From positions 197,003-261,002 of the forward strand of contig RDOB01000004.1 of assembly GCA_011364965.1 (NCBI GenBank): 64,000 nucleotides of DNA, read 5' to 3'. This document shows, in pieces, positions 41,636 through 50,693 of the stretch. A model generated the notes under the pieces. That model saw nothing but the letters and a program-made list of their open reading frames with translations, did not search any database and was not told the DNA's origin. The position numbers were made by a program, and so were the translations under genes. Numbering within the stretch: the stretch's first letter is position 1; the number at the start of each line of letters is the position of its first letter. This stretch comes from Candidatus Heimdallarchaeota archaeon. Its GTDB lineage: Archaea > Asgardarchaeota > Heimdallarchaeia > Hodarchaeales > Hodarchaeaceae.

Positions 41636-42016
41636 TTAGGAATTAAATTTCAACATTTCAAATAATACAATTCCAGGATCTAAATCGTCACCAATAGCGG
41701 CAAGAGTATTATTTAAATCCATTCTCAAAGCAACAAGATACCTGTTAGCTTTCCCTTCCTTAGCCACTAATCCGCGATTATTTTTTAGGACCATTTCATA
41801 TATTTCATCATTTGCCAGTCTTATAGGCATAGCTATGTCGGATTGAATAACAGCGAGTAAATTGGATTTGATCAACGCATTCAGAAGGGTTTCACTACCA
41901 AGAGAGTCAATAACACATTGATCTTGCCCAAAATGAATTAAAGCGGTTAAATGAAGCTCATCTTGCATAGCTTTCAGAGGATATGACTTTTTATGAGTCA
42001 TTATTATCAAGGTCAT
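41636..42016 (-). CDS. Roadblock/LC7-like protein
   Basis: About 120 aa; alpha-beta-beta-alpha-beta-beta-beta-alpha pattern ending LAAIGDDLDPGIVLFEM. Confidence 0.5.
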   Translation of the reverse strand: MTLIIMTHKKSYPLKAMQDELHLTALIHFGQDQCVIDSLGSETLLNALIKSNLLAVIQSDIAMPIRLANDEIYEMVLKNNRGLVAKEGKANRYLVALRMDLNNTLAAIGDDLDPGIVLFEMLKFNS

Positions 42017-42105
42017 GTTATTTAAAAATCAAATAAGAAATTTTGTATATGATGACATTGGTTTAGAATTTATTTTGAAACCAATTTATTAGGATCTGAT
42101 CTTGA

Positions 42106-42522
42106 TTGGATAGAATTACAGGTTTTCAGCTATTTGAGTTAATCGCTATTCCTATTACAATTTTAGCAAGTGTATTATTTATGTTCGTAATTGGAGCCAG
42201 TTTTATTGGAGATAACTTTTGGAATATAATGGGATTTCCAACCATAATAGGGACATTATTTAGCTTATTTATCCTTGTGATATTAGTACAAAAAGGTCAG
42301 ATAAAGAAATTCTCTCAGATTGAGACGATTTTCCGTCTACTAGCAATAGGGGGAGGAGGATTGCTAATCCCTGTCATTTTCTTACAACTAAATGGAAGGC
42401 TTGATGGATTTCTATTAATTTCAATATTAGCTTTGGTATTTAGTATAATCGGAGGACTCATGGCCTTAATTAGCCTTCGATTTCTTTGGCAAATCTATTT
42501 CATTCAGCAGTCTTCAGAATAA
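42106..42522 (+). CDS. Hypothetical 4-TM membrane protein
   Basis: Four hydrophobic stretches; TTG start. Confidence 0.65.
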   Translation: MDRITGFQLFELIAIPITILASVLFMFVIGASFIGDNFWNIMGFPTIIGTLFSLFILVILVQKGQIKKFSQIETIFRLLAIGGGGLLIPVIFLQLNGRLDGFLLISILALVFSIIGGLMALISLRFLWQIYFIQQSSE

Positions 42523-43207
42523 TACGCGCATCGACCACAACAGCACCTTTTTCTGATGCAAACACAGGATTAAGATCAAGCTCTTCAATTTCAGTATGGT
42601 TAACAATAAATTCAGAGGTCAATAATAATAAATCTATCAATGCCTTCTTATTAATAGGAGGTTGTCCACGTATACCATCTAGAATTTTTGCAGCTTTAAT
42701 CTCAGAAATCATTTCTGTAGCATCTTCACGTTCTATCGGAATTAAACGAAATACAACATCTTTCAAAACTTCAACATATATTCCTCCAAGACCAAAAGCA
42801 AGAATTGGTCCAAACATAGGGTCATAGGTAGAACCAACTAATAGTTCAACTCCTGATTCCTCTTTTTCGACAATATATCCTTCTATTTTTGCATTAGGCA
42901 TTTTTCTTTTTATTGTATCTTCCATTATTTTGAATTGATTTTCAAGATCATGACTGCTACGTATTCCAGTAACTACTCCGCCAACATCAGATTTGTGGAC
43001 TATATCTTCGGAGCTTACTTTGATAACTACAGGATAACCGATTTTCTCTGCTTCTGATAGAATCTCACCTAGGTTTCTTCCAAATCCAGTCGGATTTACG
43101 GGAAATCCTTCCTGTTGTAAAATTTGTTTGGATTCTTGAACTGTTAGGACCTTCCGTTTTTTCTCGATTGCCTTTTTGAACATTTTTTGAGTTTCAGACA
43201 AATTCAA
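42500..43207 (-). CDS. ADP-forming acetate/acyl-CoA ligase, beta (ATP-grasp) subunit
   Basis: GYPVVIKVSS, HKSDVGGV, DPMFGP, GLGGIYVE, ELDLNPV, VVDARI. Confidence 0.92.
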   Translation of the reverse strand: MNLSETQKMFKKAIEKKRKVLTVQESKQILQQEGFPVNPTGFGRNLGEILSEAEKIGYPVVIKVSSEDIVHKSDVGGVVTGIRSSHDLENQFKIMEDTIKRKMPNAKIEGYIVEKEESGVELLVGSTYDPMFGPILAFGLGGIYVEVLKDVVFRLIPIEREDATEMISEIKAAKILDGIRGQPPINKKALIDLLLLTSEFIVNHTEIEELDLNPVFASEKGAVVVDARIILKTAE

Positions 43208-43300
43208 TCATTCCTAAATTACAAAAGATTGTAAAACGCGTCGAAGAGCAGATCTGTATCTTCAGAAAAAAGATCATTTATCCATCACTTAAATATTCCA

Positions 43301-44209
43301 TTATCCTCTGGAATAAGAAACAGAAGTAATTTTCTTCACGCTTTTAATCCGTTCTTGAGAATTAATTTCACCTATTATCACAGATGCAAATTCAGTTTCT
43401 TGTTCAATTACATCTAGACTGTCTGTTACAATTGCATGAATAGCAGCTTGAGTTCCAAGACTGCGTACTCCTGCTAATATTAATATCCAATAATTACTTC
43501 GGTTAGGATTTCGCATTAGCGCAATAATCCCATGGTTAGATAATGAATAGATTTCTTCCCCAAATTTGATTTGATTCTCTACAAAATAAATGTTAAATTT
43601 CTTTTGAAGTGTTTTATTATACTGAGCTGTAAGAATATTTGTAATATGGCCTCCAATGAGAATTAAATTCGTTTTCATCTTATTTGGCTGTTTCTGATAT
43701 GAGATATCAGTCGTAACAAAATAGGGAAGATATGATGGCTTATGAGTAGAAAGATGAGCTCCTAGATACCAGCAGAGCTCTCCTGCTAAATAACCGTCCC
43801 TCGATACTGCATCATAACGTCCATGAGGTTCAGCACTACCTACCACAATACTACCTCTGAATTTACCGTTATTCGTAAATTTCTCTTTAATTATATGTTG
43901 GTACATCGTATTATGCTCAGATGAAACATCTGGGGTCAATGAAACAAAAAATTGATTTGCAACTGGTTTGAAAATTTTAGCACGACCCCTTTTTATGGAA
44001 CGAACTCCAGTTTGGTGAATCAATCCTGCATTTCTAAGCAAAGAAAGGTGATAATGAATTTTCTGTTCTGTTAGACCTAAGGTTTCAGCAATCTGCTTTG
44101 CATAAATAGAATCCTCGGTTGCAAGCAAATTCATTATTTTCCAACGTATTTCATGGCTTAAAATCCGAATTTCTTCCGAGGAAATACGACAAAGTGCTTC
44201 ATCCTGCAT
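43301..44209 (-). CDS. ArsR-type HTH transcriptional regulator with C-terminal domain
   Basis: IRWKIMNLL, QKIHYHLSLLRNAGLI, RGRAKIF; IVVGSAEPHG, NLILIGG, AGVRSLGTQAAI; divergent from glmS. Confidence 0.85.
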   Translation of the reverse strand: MQDEALCRISSEEIRILSHEIRWKIMNLLATEDSIYAKQIAETLGLTEQKIHYHLSLLRNAGLIHQTGVRSIKRGRAKIFKPVANQFFVSLTPDVSSEHNTMYQHIIKEKFTNNGKFRGSIVVGSAEPHGRYDAVSRDGYLAGELCWYLGAHLSTHKPSYLPYFVTTDISYQKQPNKMKTNLILIGGHITNILTAQYNKTLQKKFNIYFVENQIKFGEEIYSLSNHGIIALMRNPNRSNYWILILAGVRSLGTQAAIHAIVTDSLDVIEQETEFASVIIGEINSQERIKSVKKITSVSYSRG

Positions 44210-44292
44210 TTAAGACATCACATCATTAATTTTTAACCGCTAAAGGTGCTTTTCTTTTGTATAAACGTTTCACTACTACAAAATTAACTAGA

Positions 44293-44318
44293 TTAGTAGA
44301 ATTTAAACTTTCTGCTAA
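44293..44318. promoter_or_regulatory. Candidate operator palindrome between the regulator and glmS
   Basis: TTAGTAGAA-N8-TTCTGCTAA (8/9 inverted match). Confidence 0.35.
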
Positions 44319-44549
44319 AAGGATTTTATGTATATTTCCTAAATTAAATAATCTTTATTCTTTAAATCTACTGATAAAATTTGATTAAAATGGGAATTTC
44401 GGAGTTTAATTTGTTAGGACTGTCCTCTACTTCAAGATATCCAAAAGCTAAAAAATAAAAATAATCTAATAAGATTTTTTTTTTAATCTGTTTTACGATT
44501 CAAATATGAACACTCACCTATCAGTGAATTCAAGGTTGACGAAGAAAAA

Positions 44550-46379
44550 ATGTGTGGAATTATTGCGATTACGACTCAATCTAAGAAAAATGTTTCAAAA
44601 ATGATTACAACAGGACTAAAACGTCTTGAATATCGGGGATACGACAGTGTGGGGATTGCTACTATTAATAATGGCAAAATTCACACATTGAAGGATAAGG
44701 GAACGATTGAAAAAGTAGATAATGCATTAAATCTTGAACAACTCGAGGGTACGATAGGTATTGGGCACACCCGATGGGCTACACATGGACCCCCCAACCG
44801 AGAAAATGCACATCCACATGGGGATTGTACTGGAGAAATAACGGTAGTTCATAATGGAATAATAGAAAATTATCTGAAATTAAAACAAAAACTAAGAGAA
44901 TCAGGGCATTCTTTTATTTCAGAAACAGATACAGAAGTTTTAGCACATTTAGTAGAAGAAGAGCTAAAACACCCTGAACTGGCGCCTACAGTAAAAGAGG
45001 CCTTTAGAAGAGTTATTTCTCAAATCGAGGGTTCCTATGCCATCACATTGATTCATGCAAAAGAACCAGAAACAATATTCTTGGCACGGAAGGATAGTCC
45101 TTTAGTTATTGGAATTCAAGACGATACAAAATTCGCTGCGAGCGATATTCCTGCTTTTTTAGAATATACGAAAAAAGTGATTGTCCTTAAAGATGGCGAA
45201 ATCGCAACATTAACTCCAAAATCGGTTTATATTGAGAAAAACGGTTATAGAGTGCAACCGAAACCTTTTATTGTATCTTGGACTGCAGAAAGTGCTCAAA
45301 AAAGCGGTTATCCTCATTTTATGTTAAAAGAAATTCATGAGCAACCGATTGCATTACGAAATACTCTAACTATTAATTCAGAATCAGTTCATTCAGCTGT
45401 CACAAAAATATTAGAAGCTGAAAGAATCATCATCCTTGCCTGTGGAACAAGCTACCATGCAGGATTAACTGGTTATCACCAATTTCAACGTATATTAAAT
45501 AAAAAACCTGTTTATCCGGTAATTGCGTCAGAATACGATTCTTATTCGCACCTAATTGATAATGAAACAGCCATTATAGCAGTAAGTCAATCAGGGGAAA
45601 CATTAGATGTGATGAAAGCTTTATCCCCAGCAAAAAAGGATGGCGCTTCGATAATAGCCATAACAAATGTCGTGGATTCTTCAATTCCCCGATTAAGTAA
45701 TATCCCCTTGTATACACGAGCTGGACCTGAGATTGGTGTAGCAGCAACGAAAACGCATACTGCTCAAGTAGCCCTCCTTGCACGAATAGCCCTCCAATTA
45801 CAGCATGAGATAGGGACATTAGATAAAAGTGAATTCGATTCAATGCTTCAAATATTGAACGAAGAAACACCCTCAATCACACGTAAAATTATCCAACAAA
45901 ATGAATTTAAGGCGAAACGATTGGCTGAAAGAATCTCCTCCCGAAAAAGTGCTTATTTTCTTGCACGAGGACCAAATTTGCCAATTGCACTAGAAGGGGC
46001 CTTAAAAATCAAAGAAATTTCATATATACACGCAGAAGCTTTCCCTGCTGGAGAAAGTAAGCATGGTCCGATTGCTATTGTAGAACCAAGTTTTCCGATA
46101 ATTATGATAGCCCCAAACGACGCCACAGCCAAAAAATTATTAAATAATGCTGAAGAAATGAAGGCAAGAGGAGGGTATATCATTTCTGTGACTGAAAAAG
46201 ATCATAGTATTATCCAAAGATCTGATAGCGCTTTCATATTGCCTACATCTCCCTTACACCTCATCAATCCAATCTCCTACATCCTACCCCTTCAAATGTT
46301 GGCATACTATGCAGCTGTAACACGAGGAGTGGATCCGGACAAGCCGAAAAATCTAGCGAAAACGGTCACAGTAGAATAA
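44550..46379 (+). CDS. glmS: Glutamine--fructose-6-phosphate transaminase (isomerizing)
   Basis: MCGI, LEYRGYDS, GHTRWATHG, HNGIIEN, SQSGET, GVAATKT, EGALKIKE, NLAKTVTVE. Confidence 0.97.
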   Translation: MCGIIAITTQSKKNVSKMITTGLKRLEYRGYDSVGIATINNGKIHTLKDKGTIEKVDNALNLEQLEGTIGIGHTRWATHGPPNRENAHPHGDCTGEITVVHNGIIENYLKLKQKLRESGHSFISETDTEVLAHLVEEELKHPELAPTVKEAFRRVISQIEGSYAITLIHAKEPETIFLARKDSPLVIGIQDDTKFAASDIPAFLEYTKKVIVLKDGEIATLTPKSVYIEKNGYRVQPKPFIVSWTAESAQKSGYPHFMLKEIHEQPIALRNTLTINSESVHSAVTKILEAERIIILACGTSYHAGLTGYHQFQRILNKKPVYPVIASEYDSYSHLIDNETAIIAVSQSGETLDVMKALSPAKKDGASIIAITNVVDSSIPRLSNIPLYTRAGPEIGVAATKTHTAQVALLARIALQLQHEIGTLDKSEFDSMLQILNEETPSITRKIIQQNEFKAKRLAERISSRKSAYFLARGPNLPIALEGALKIKEISYIHAEAFPAGESKHGPIAIVEPSFPIIMIAPNDATAKKLLNNAEEMKARGGYIISVTEKDHSIIQRSDSAFILPTSPLHLINPISYILPLQMLAYYAAVTRGVDPDKPKNLAKTVTVE

Positions 46380-46386
46380 TTAAAGA

Positions 46387-46719
46387 TTAAAGCAATAAGA
46401 GCTTTTCAACATACCTTGGAAACCTTTCTCCTTCCTCTTTTTCCTCATTCTTGCTATTCGTATTATTCTTTTCAATTCGATAGAATTTACTTTCATTACC
46501 AACCTGAACACAAATCGCCCCTGGAAGATTTTGCCGGGGATCAAGAGTTTCTGAAAAATCGTGGAAATGCCTTAAAATCTCATCTCGAGTTTCAGATACA
46601 GCCATAACTTTGCTACCATAAAGTAAAATCCACTTCCCCCGACAAATAGCCTTTCTTAGAAGGGCTTGCATGCTCCAGTATGATTGTTCCTCTTTAAGAA
46701 AATAATCTAATAATGTCAA
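46387..46719 (-). CDS. Hypothetical protein (DUF5678-like pattern)
   Basis: GKWILLYGSKVMAVSETRDE motif. Confidence 0.5.
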   Translation of the reverse strand: MTLLDYFLKEEQSYWSMQALLRKAICRGKWILLYGSKVMAVSETRDEILRHFHDFSETLDPRQNLPGAICVQVGNESKFYRIEKNNTNSKNEEKEEGERFPRYVEKLLLL

Positions 46720-46967
46720 ATAATTTCTTCCTTACATCTCTTTAGATGGTTAGGATAGGAAAAAATTCAGGTGAACATAAGATTATAGGATTAAAAACCT
46801 TCTGGTGAACATATTAGAACACGAGTATTCGTGAAATAAAGAGCGAGGGGACTTCAAAAAAAAGGAAAATCACCGAATCTTCTTATAATAATCCGCTATA
46901 TTACAAAATGACCTTATAAGTAGAACCCCTGGTAAGAATAGAATTTTCAGAGTGGATAAAGACAATT

Positions 46968-47447
46968 TTATATAGGTCCAAAAAGAATCCAATAATGTAG
47001 AGCTAAACCTAGGAATATACTCATTATCACTAAGCGAATAGCAGATCCAATGATTCTTTCGCGGATTGTACGCTCTTTACTAGTCTCTACAAAGAATACA
47101 AGCCAAATAGAAGAAAAAATTCCGAGGAGGGAAAAGATTAAGGCAAAAGGATAATAAAGATTATCATCAACAAAAGGATTTTTCCATTCGGGGAATTCAA
47201 CAGTAGTAGTGGTATTAGTTTCGTCAGTATCAGACTCAGTGGTCGTTGTAGTATTATCAGGAACAGTAGTATCATTTTGAGAAATTAAAAAAGTAATTTT
47301 AAGGAATTCATTCTCATAGGATTCGTTATTGATATTTGTGTCCTCGATTAGTTGTGTAGAACTAGCCAAGGGATTTGTTAATAGGTTAAGTAGGATAGTT
47401 ATTGTTGCGAAACTGATAAGCACATGTCGGAAGCTCTTTGTAGACAT
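46968..47447 (-). CDS. Hypothetical membrane protein with signal peptide and Thr-rich linker
   Basis: N-terminal hydrophobic segment, NTTTTT sequons/linker, two C-terminal TMs. Confidence 0.7.
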   Translation of the reverse strand: MSTKSFRHVLISFATITILLNLLTNPLASSTQLIEDTNINNESYENEFLKITFLISQNDTTVPDNTTTTTESDTDETNTTTTVEFPEWKNPFVDDNLYYPFALIFSLLGIFSSIWLVFFVETSKERTIRERIIGSAIRLVIMSIFLGLALHYWILFGPI

Positions 47448-47777
47448 TATTAATCATTACTCCAGCAATCAGGCATGAAATGATGCCCATTTCGTCGAAT
47501 CTTGCTTAAAGAGGGAAAGTCTAAAAAAGTTCCTTTGTATGTCCAAAAAACACAGATGAAATGCAAAATTGAAGCACCCTGAAATCTACCACAAAAAGAA
47601 TATAGAGGAAGAAGAAAAACAGAATTACAGCAAAAAGACCAGTATATATATGAGAAAATTAGAAAGGAGGGAGTTTAAGAGGGAGATCTGTATGAAAATA
47701 ATTAGAAACTGAAGGGAAAGGGAAATAAGACCCTATTCTGCTTAGAAATCATATATGATCGCAAAGTAGTAAGAAAT

Positions 47778-47863
47778 ATGCGCCGACCGGGAATATCAAT
47801 AAAATACGCCATAGGTATTTTATTTTTGAACCCGGCTTACCAGCTTGGAAGGCTGGAGTCCTA
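47778..47863. repeat. 86-bp perfect inverted repeat, left copy (within tRNA-Gly)
   Basis: Reverse complement is identical to 50295-50380. Confidence 0.95.
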
Positions 47864-47884
47864 ACCAGGCTAGACTATCGGCGC
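47779..47884 (-). tRNA. tRNA-Gly(TCC) with a 32-nt intron at position 59/60 (47793-47824)
   Basis: Acceptor GCGCCGA/UCGGCGC, anticodon arm CCAGC-CUUCCAA-GCUGG, T arm CCGGG-UUCAAA|U-CCCGG after removing a relaxed-BHB intron with a 9-bp hairpin. Confidence 0.92.
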
Positions 47885-48012
47885 GACACGTCATCTATTC
47901 GGATATTCATTGCTTAATCGAGTGTTTTCCCGTCTTTAAGCAGCTTTTGTGTCTTCTCTTCGTTTTTTGTTTTGTGTACGCTCCCTGTTCTCCCTTTCTC
48001 TTAGTCCCTTTT

Positions 48013-48753
48013 TTATGTTTTTGGTCTAAAAATCGTGTACTCTTCTCGCCATGTTTCATCTTTGGTGTAGAAGTCTTTATCGTACTCGACGAAACTCTTT
48101 TTGCTTGTCCATACTTCCAGATTTGTCGCGTAGTTGTCTTTGGGGGCGGGTAGAATGACCTGTTTGATGTAACTTGTCTGCAATGTTAATAGGAGGGGGT
48201 GAGGATTGGGGATTGCCCCCACTTGCCCTATATCAATATGTTGGATCTTCGGACACTCCAATACGGGGGTTAAATCCACTTTTTCTAGAGGATTTTGGCC
48301 CATATAAAGTGACTTCAAATTTTGACAGTGCCTCAGTGGCGTTAAATCGACTGAGGTCAGGCGGTTACTCCTAATATCTATCCGGGTTATGTTTGGCCAG
48401 CCTTTGGCCCAGGTCAGATCGACTTCTGGTAACAGATTGACACGAAGTGTCAGTGTATGTAGTGGCGTGCACTTTCTCAAGACGCGAGTCTCAAATGCCT
48501 GTAATTCGTTTCCACTTAAGGAGAATACCTCTATTGCGTTACAGTTCTCTAAGCTTTCACTGTGTTGAATCTCTTTAAGGCCCGCGAAGATAATTTCTAT
48601 ACTACTCAGATCTGGGTATGCTTCCAACGGCTTGAAATCTAGTGTTGGATATCGAGTATATGGTGGGTCGCCCCCGTTATAGCTTACAACGTACGATCCA
48701 GAAAAGCCCTTTTTGATGAACGCTTCAGGTAATTTAATTTGTAACCACTCCAC
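48013..48753 (-). CDS. Leucine-rich repeat protein (copy A, intact)
   Basis: LxLxxNxL repeats: FSLSGNELQ, LTLRVNLLPEVDL, IDIRSNRLTSVDLTPL, LYMGQNPLEKVDL. Confidence 0.88.
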   Translation of the reverse strand: MEWLQIKLPEAFIKKGFSGSYVVSYNGGDPPYTRYPTLDFKPLEAYPDLSSIEIIFAGLKEIQHSESLENCNAIEVFSLSGNELQAFETRVLRKCTPLHTLTLRVNLLPEVDLTWAKGWPNITRIDIRSNRLTSVDLTPLRHCQNLKSLYMGQNPLEKVDLTPVLECPKIQHIDIGQVGAIPNPHPLLLTLQTSYIKQVILPAPKDNYATNLEVWTSKKSFVEYDKDFYTKDETWREEYTIFRPKT

Positions 48754-48834
48754 GATTTAATACTTTATGCATATATTAACGTTTTTCTGGTTTATAAACC
48801 TTTGTTTTTACGGAATTATTACGAAATAGAGCTT

Positions 48835-49617
48835 TTAGTCGGGTTTCCAGCAATAATTGACCGTATCATATGATTGACCAGGCAGGATCAGGCGGGCGAT
48901 ATTGCAATCCCAGTCAAACACCCAATCATAGACTAAACGGAAGTATTTGTTCGTACAGTAGGCTTCAGAATGGCCGAGATATCCAAATTCCCCAAAGAAA
49001 AGCAGTTCTGCCGTCATTATACTAATAACTGCTACATCAATCCAGCCTACAATGACATTTACTCCTGGAATCATGGAGGCAACCACATTCACGAAGATAA
49101 TCAATATCATCAACGCGATGAATGATAATACTGCGAGGATTTGTTCTAGGATCGACCCTGCAGGACGGTTGAAATCGATATAAGCGGGAAGACTGGTGCC
49201 AACACTCACTGCTGAGTTAAAATTAAAGTTATACCGTAAGGATGAATTTACGGGATCTTGATGTGATACCCCTACTAGAATATTAATCACTCCATTCTGG
49301 CGAGGACGGCTATAATACTCACCATTGTAAAAAACATCATCCCCATTGTCAAAGAAATATCCAGGAGATTGATTCGAATCGAACTCCAGCGTTCGGGCAA
49401 TCACTTCAGTCTCGCTACTCGCATAGAGGGTTGAGATCTGACTGGAGCCCCAAGAGTATGCATTTACCTCGGAGAGAACAGGAGCTGAACTATGACTTTG
49501 AGGTGCCGCGAAACTCCACACCTCAACCTGTAGCTGAGTAGCACTGATACCAGGTACTGGAATATATAAGGGAGGGGAACTGGCAGCATAATCCCTCCAG
49601 AAGAACCAGGTTTTCTC
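48835..49617 (-). pseudogene. 5'-truncated gene for a membrane/surface protein
   Basis: Frame is open from 49617 (EKTWFFWRDY...) without a plausible start; two C-terminal hydrophobic segments. Confidence 0.55.
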
Positions 49618-49621
49618 TCAG

Positions 49622-49885
49622 GTTATCAAGCTCCCCTTGTCACAGGTGAAAGTCCTTCTCTATTATGGTTTCTTGGGGAAGCTGCCCCTCATCACGATGG
49701 ATATCGAGAAAACCCTCCTCCAGCTAAATGTTTCCTATGATTTCAAACGGACGGGGATGTTATTGAAGGAACTCGCCACTGAAGAGCTTATTGAGATGGA
49801 AGAACGTGTCTCCAAGAATAATCGCACCTATCGCCTATGGAAGTTCCCACCTGTGGCGTCATTTACCCCTAGTAATGAATTATAG
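49622..49885 (+). pseudogene. Winged-helix-like gene fragment
   Basis: DIEKTL...KRTGMLLKELATEELIEMEERVSKNNRTYRLWK; abuts the divergent truncated ORF with no promoter space. Confidence 0.45.
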
Positions 49886-50264
49886 GGAACTTCTTACCAA
49901 AAGTACAATCATTAAATTTAATTGCAGACAAAATCCCTCTAATTTGGAGAACGAATTCAGGATTTCTCTTAGCTCTTGTATCCATTGAGGCAATCTGTAT
50001 ATGCTGAATTTAAATGGCCAGAAGCTTACTATACCAGTAATTGATAATGATGTAAACAAAATAGAATTTTATCTATCTATCCACCCTAATTTGGACATAT
50101 AGAAATGCAAGAATGAAAAACAACAGCTAATGTAATCCGCCAAGGAGGAAATACTTACTTCTCTTATGCGTTTTAAAGAATTAATTTATGCTATTGAAGA
50201 TAAATTTGTGGTTTTCTTATACTCAAAAATAGCACAGAATGGCATTAAACAAAATAACATTGGC

Positions 50265-50286
50265 TATATCAAACATCCTTGATATA
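50265..50286. other. 8-6-8 palindrome next to the tRNA fragment
   Basis: TATATCAA-ACATCC-TTGATATA. Confidence 0.55.
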
Positions 50287-50294
50287 ATCGGAGC

Positions 50295-50380
50295 TAGGAC
50301 TCCAGCCTTCCAAGCTGGTAAGCCGGGTTCAAAAATAAAATACCTATGGCGTATTTTATTGATATTCCCGGTCGGCGCAT
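50295..50380 (+). repeat. 3' fragment of tRNA-Gly(TCC) including its intron; right copy of the 86-bp inverted repeat (att-like)
   Basis: Identical to the tRNA from the 3' side of the D loop to just past the discriminator; lacks the 5' acceptor strand and most of the D arm. Confidence 0.93.
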
Positions 50381-50386
50381 TTTCCA

Positions 50387-50679
50387 TTATTTTTCTTCAG
50401 ACAGGTCAAATCCTTTACCGTAAAAATCAGCGACTTCAAAGTAGATCTTTTTCATTGCTATTATTTGCGAGCTTAATCTCAATGATATCGAATATTCTTG
50501 ATTCATGCTCGGCCAGGCTTTGCTGGATAAATTTCCAGTCTAATCCCTTTTGGCCAAACTGCTTTGTGAGGTACACATATTCACTATCAATCCCTTGATA
50601 ATGATCCTCGGCTTCTAAAATTATTATCGCGTGACCAAACGATTCTCTTGTATCCCCAACAATCTTTACGATTCTTCAT
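50387..50679 (-). pseudogene. Frameshifted small conserved hypothetical gene
   Basis: IVGDTRESFGHAIII...GIDSEYVYLTKQFGQKGLDWKFIQQSL...FDIIEI, then frameshift to KKIYFEVADFYGK*; the ATG at 50679 is out of frame with the body. Confidence 0.55.
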
Positions 50680-50693
50680 CCCTTCTTACAGAT

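Noticed and set aside
47845-48153. 102-aa ORF and similar ORFs at 60250-60720
   Set aside because: Shadows of tRNA-Gly genes and antisense of the LRR copies
50295-50380. 3' half of a trans-spliced split tRNA
   Set aside because: An intact gene with identical sequence exists nearby, and I see no GC-rich complementary leader or matching 5' half
50239-50598. 119-aa ORF
   Set aside because: Runs through the tRNA fragment and antisense to a pseudogene; no protein motif
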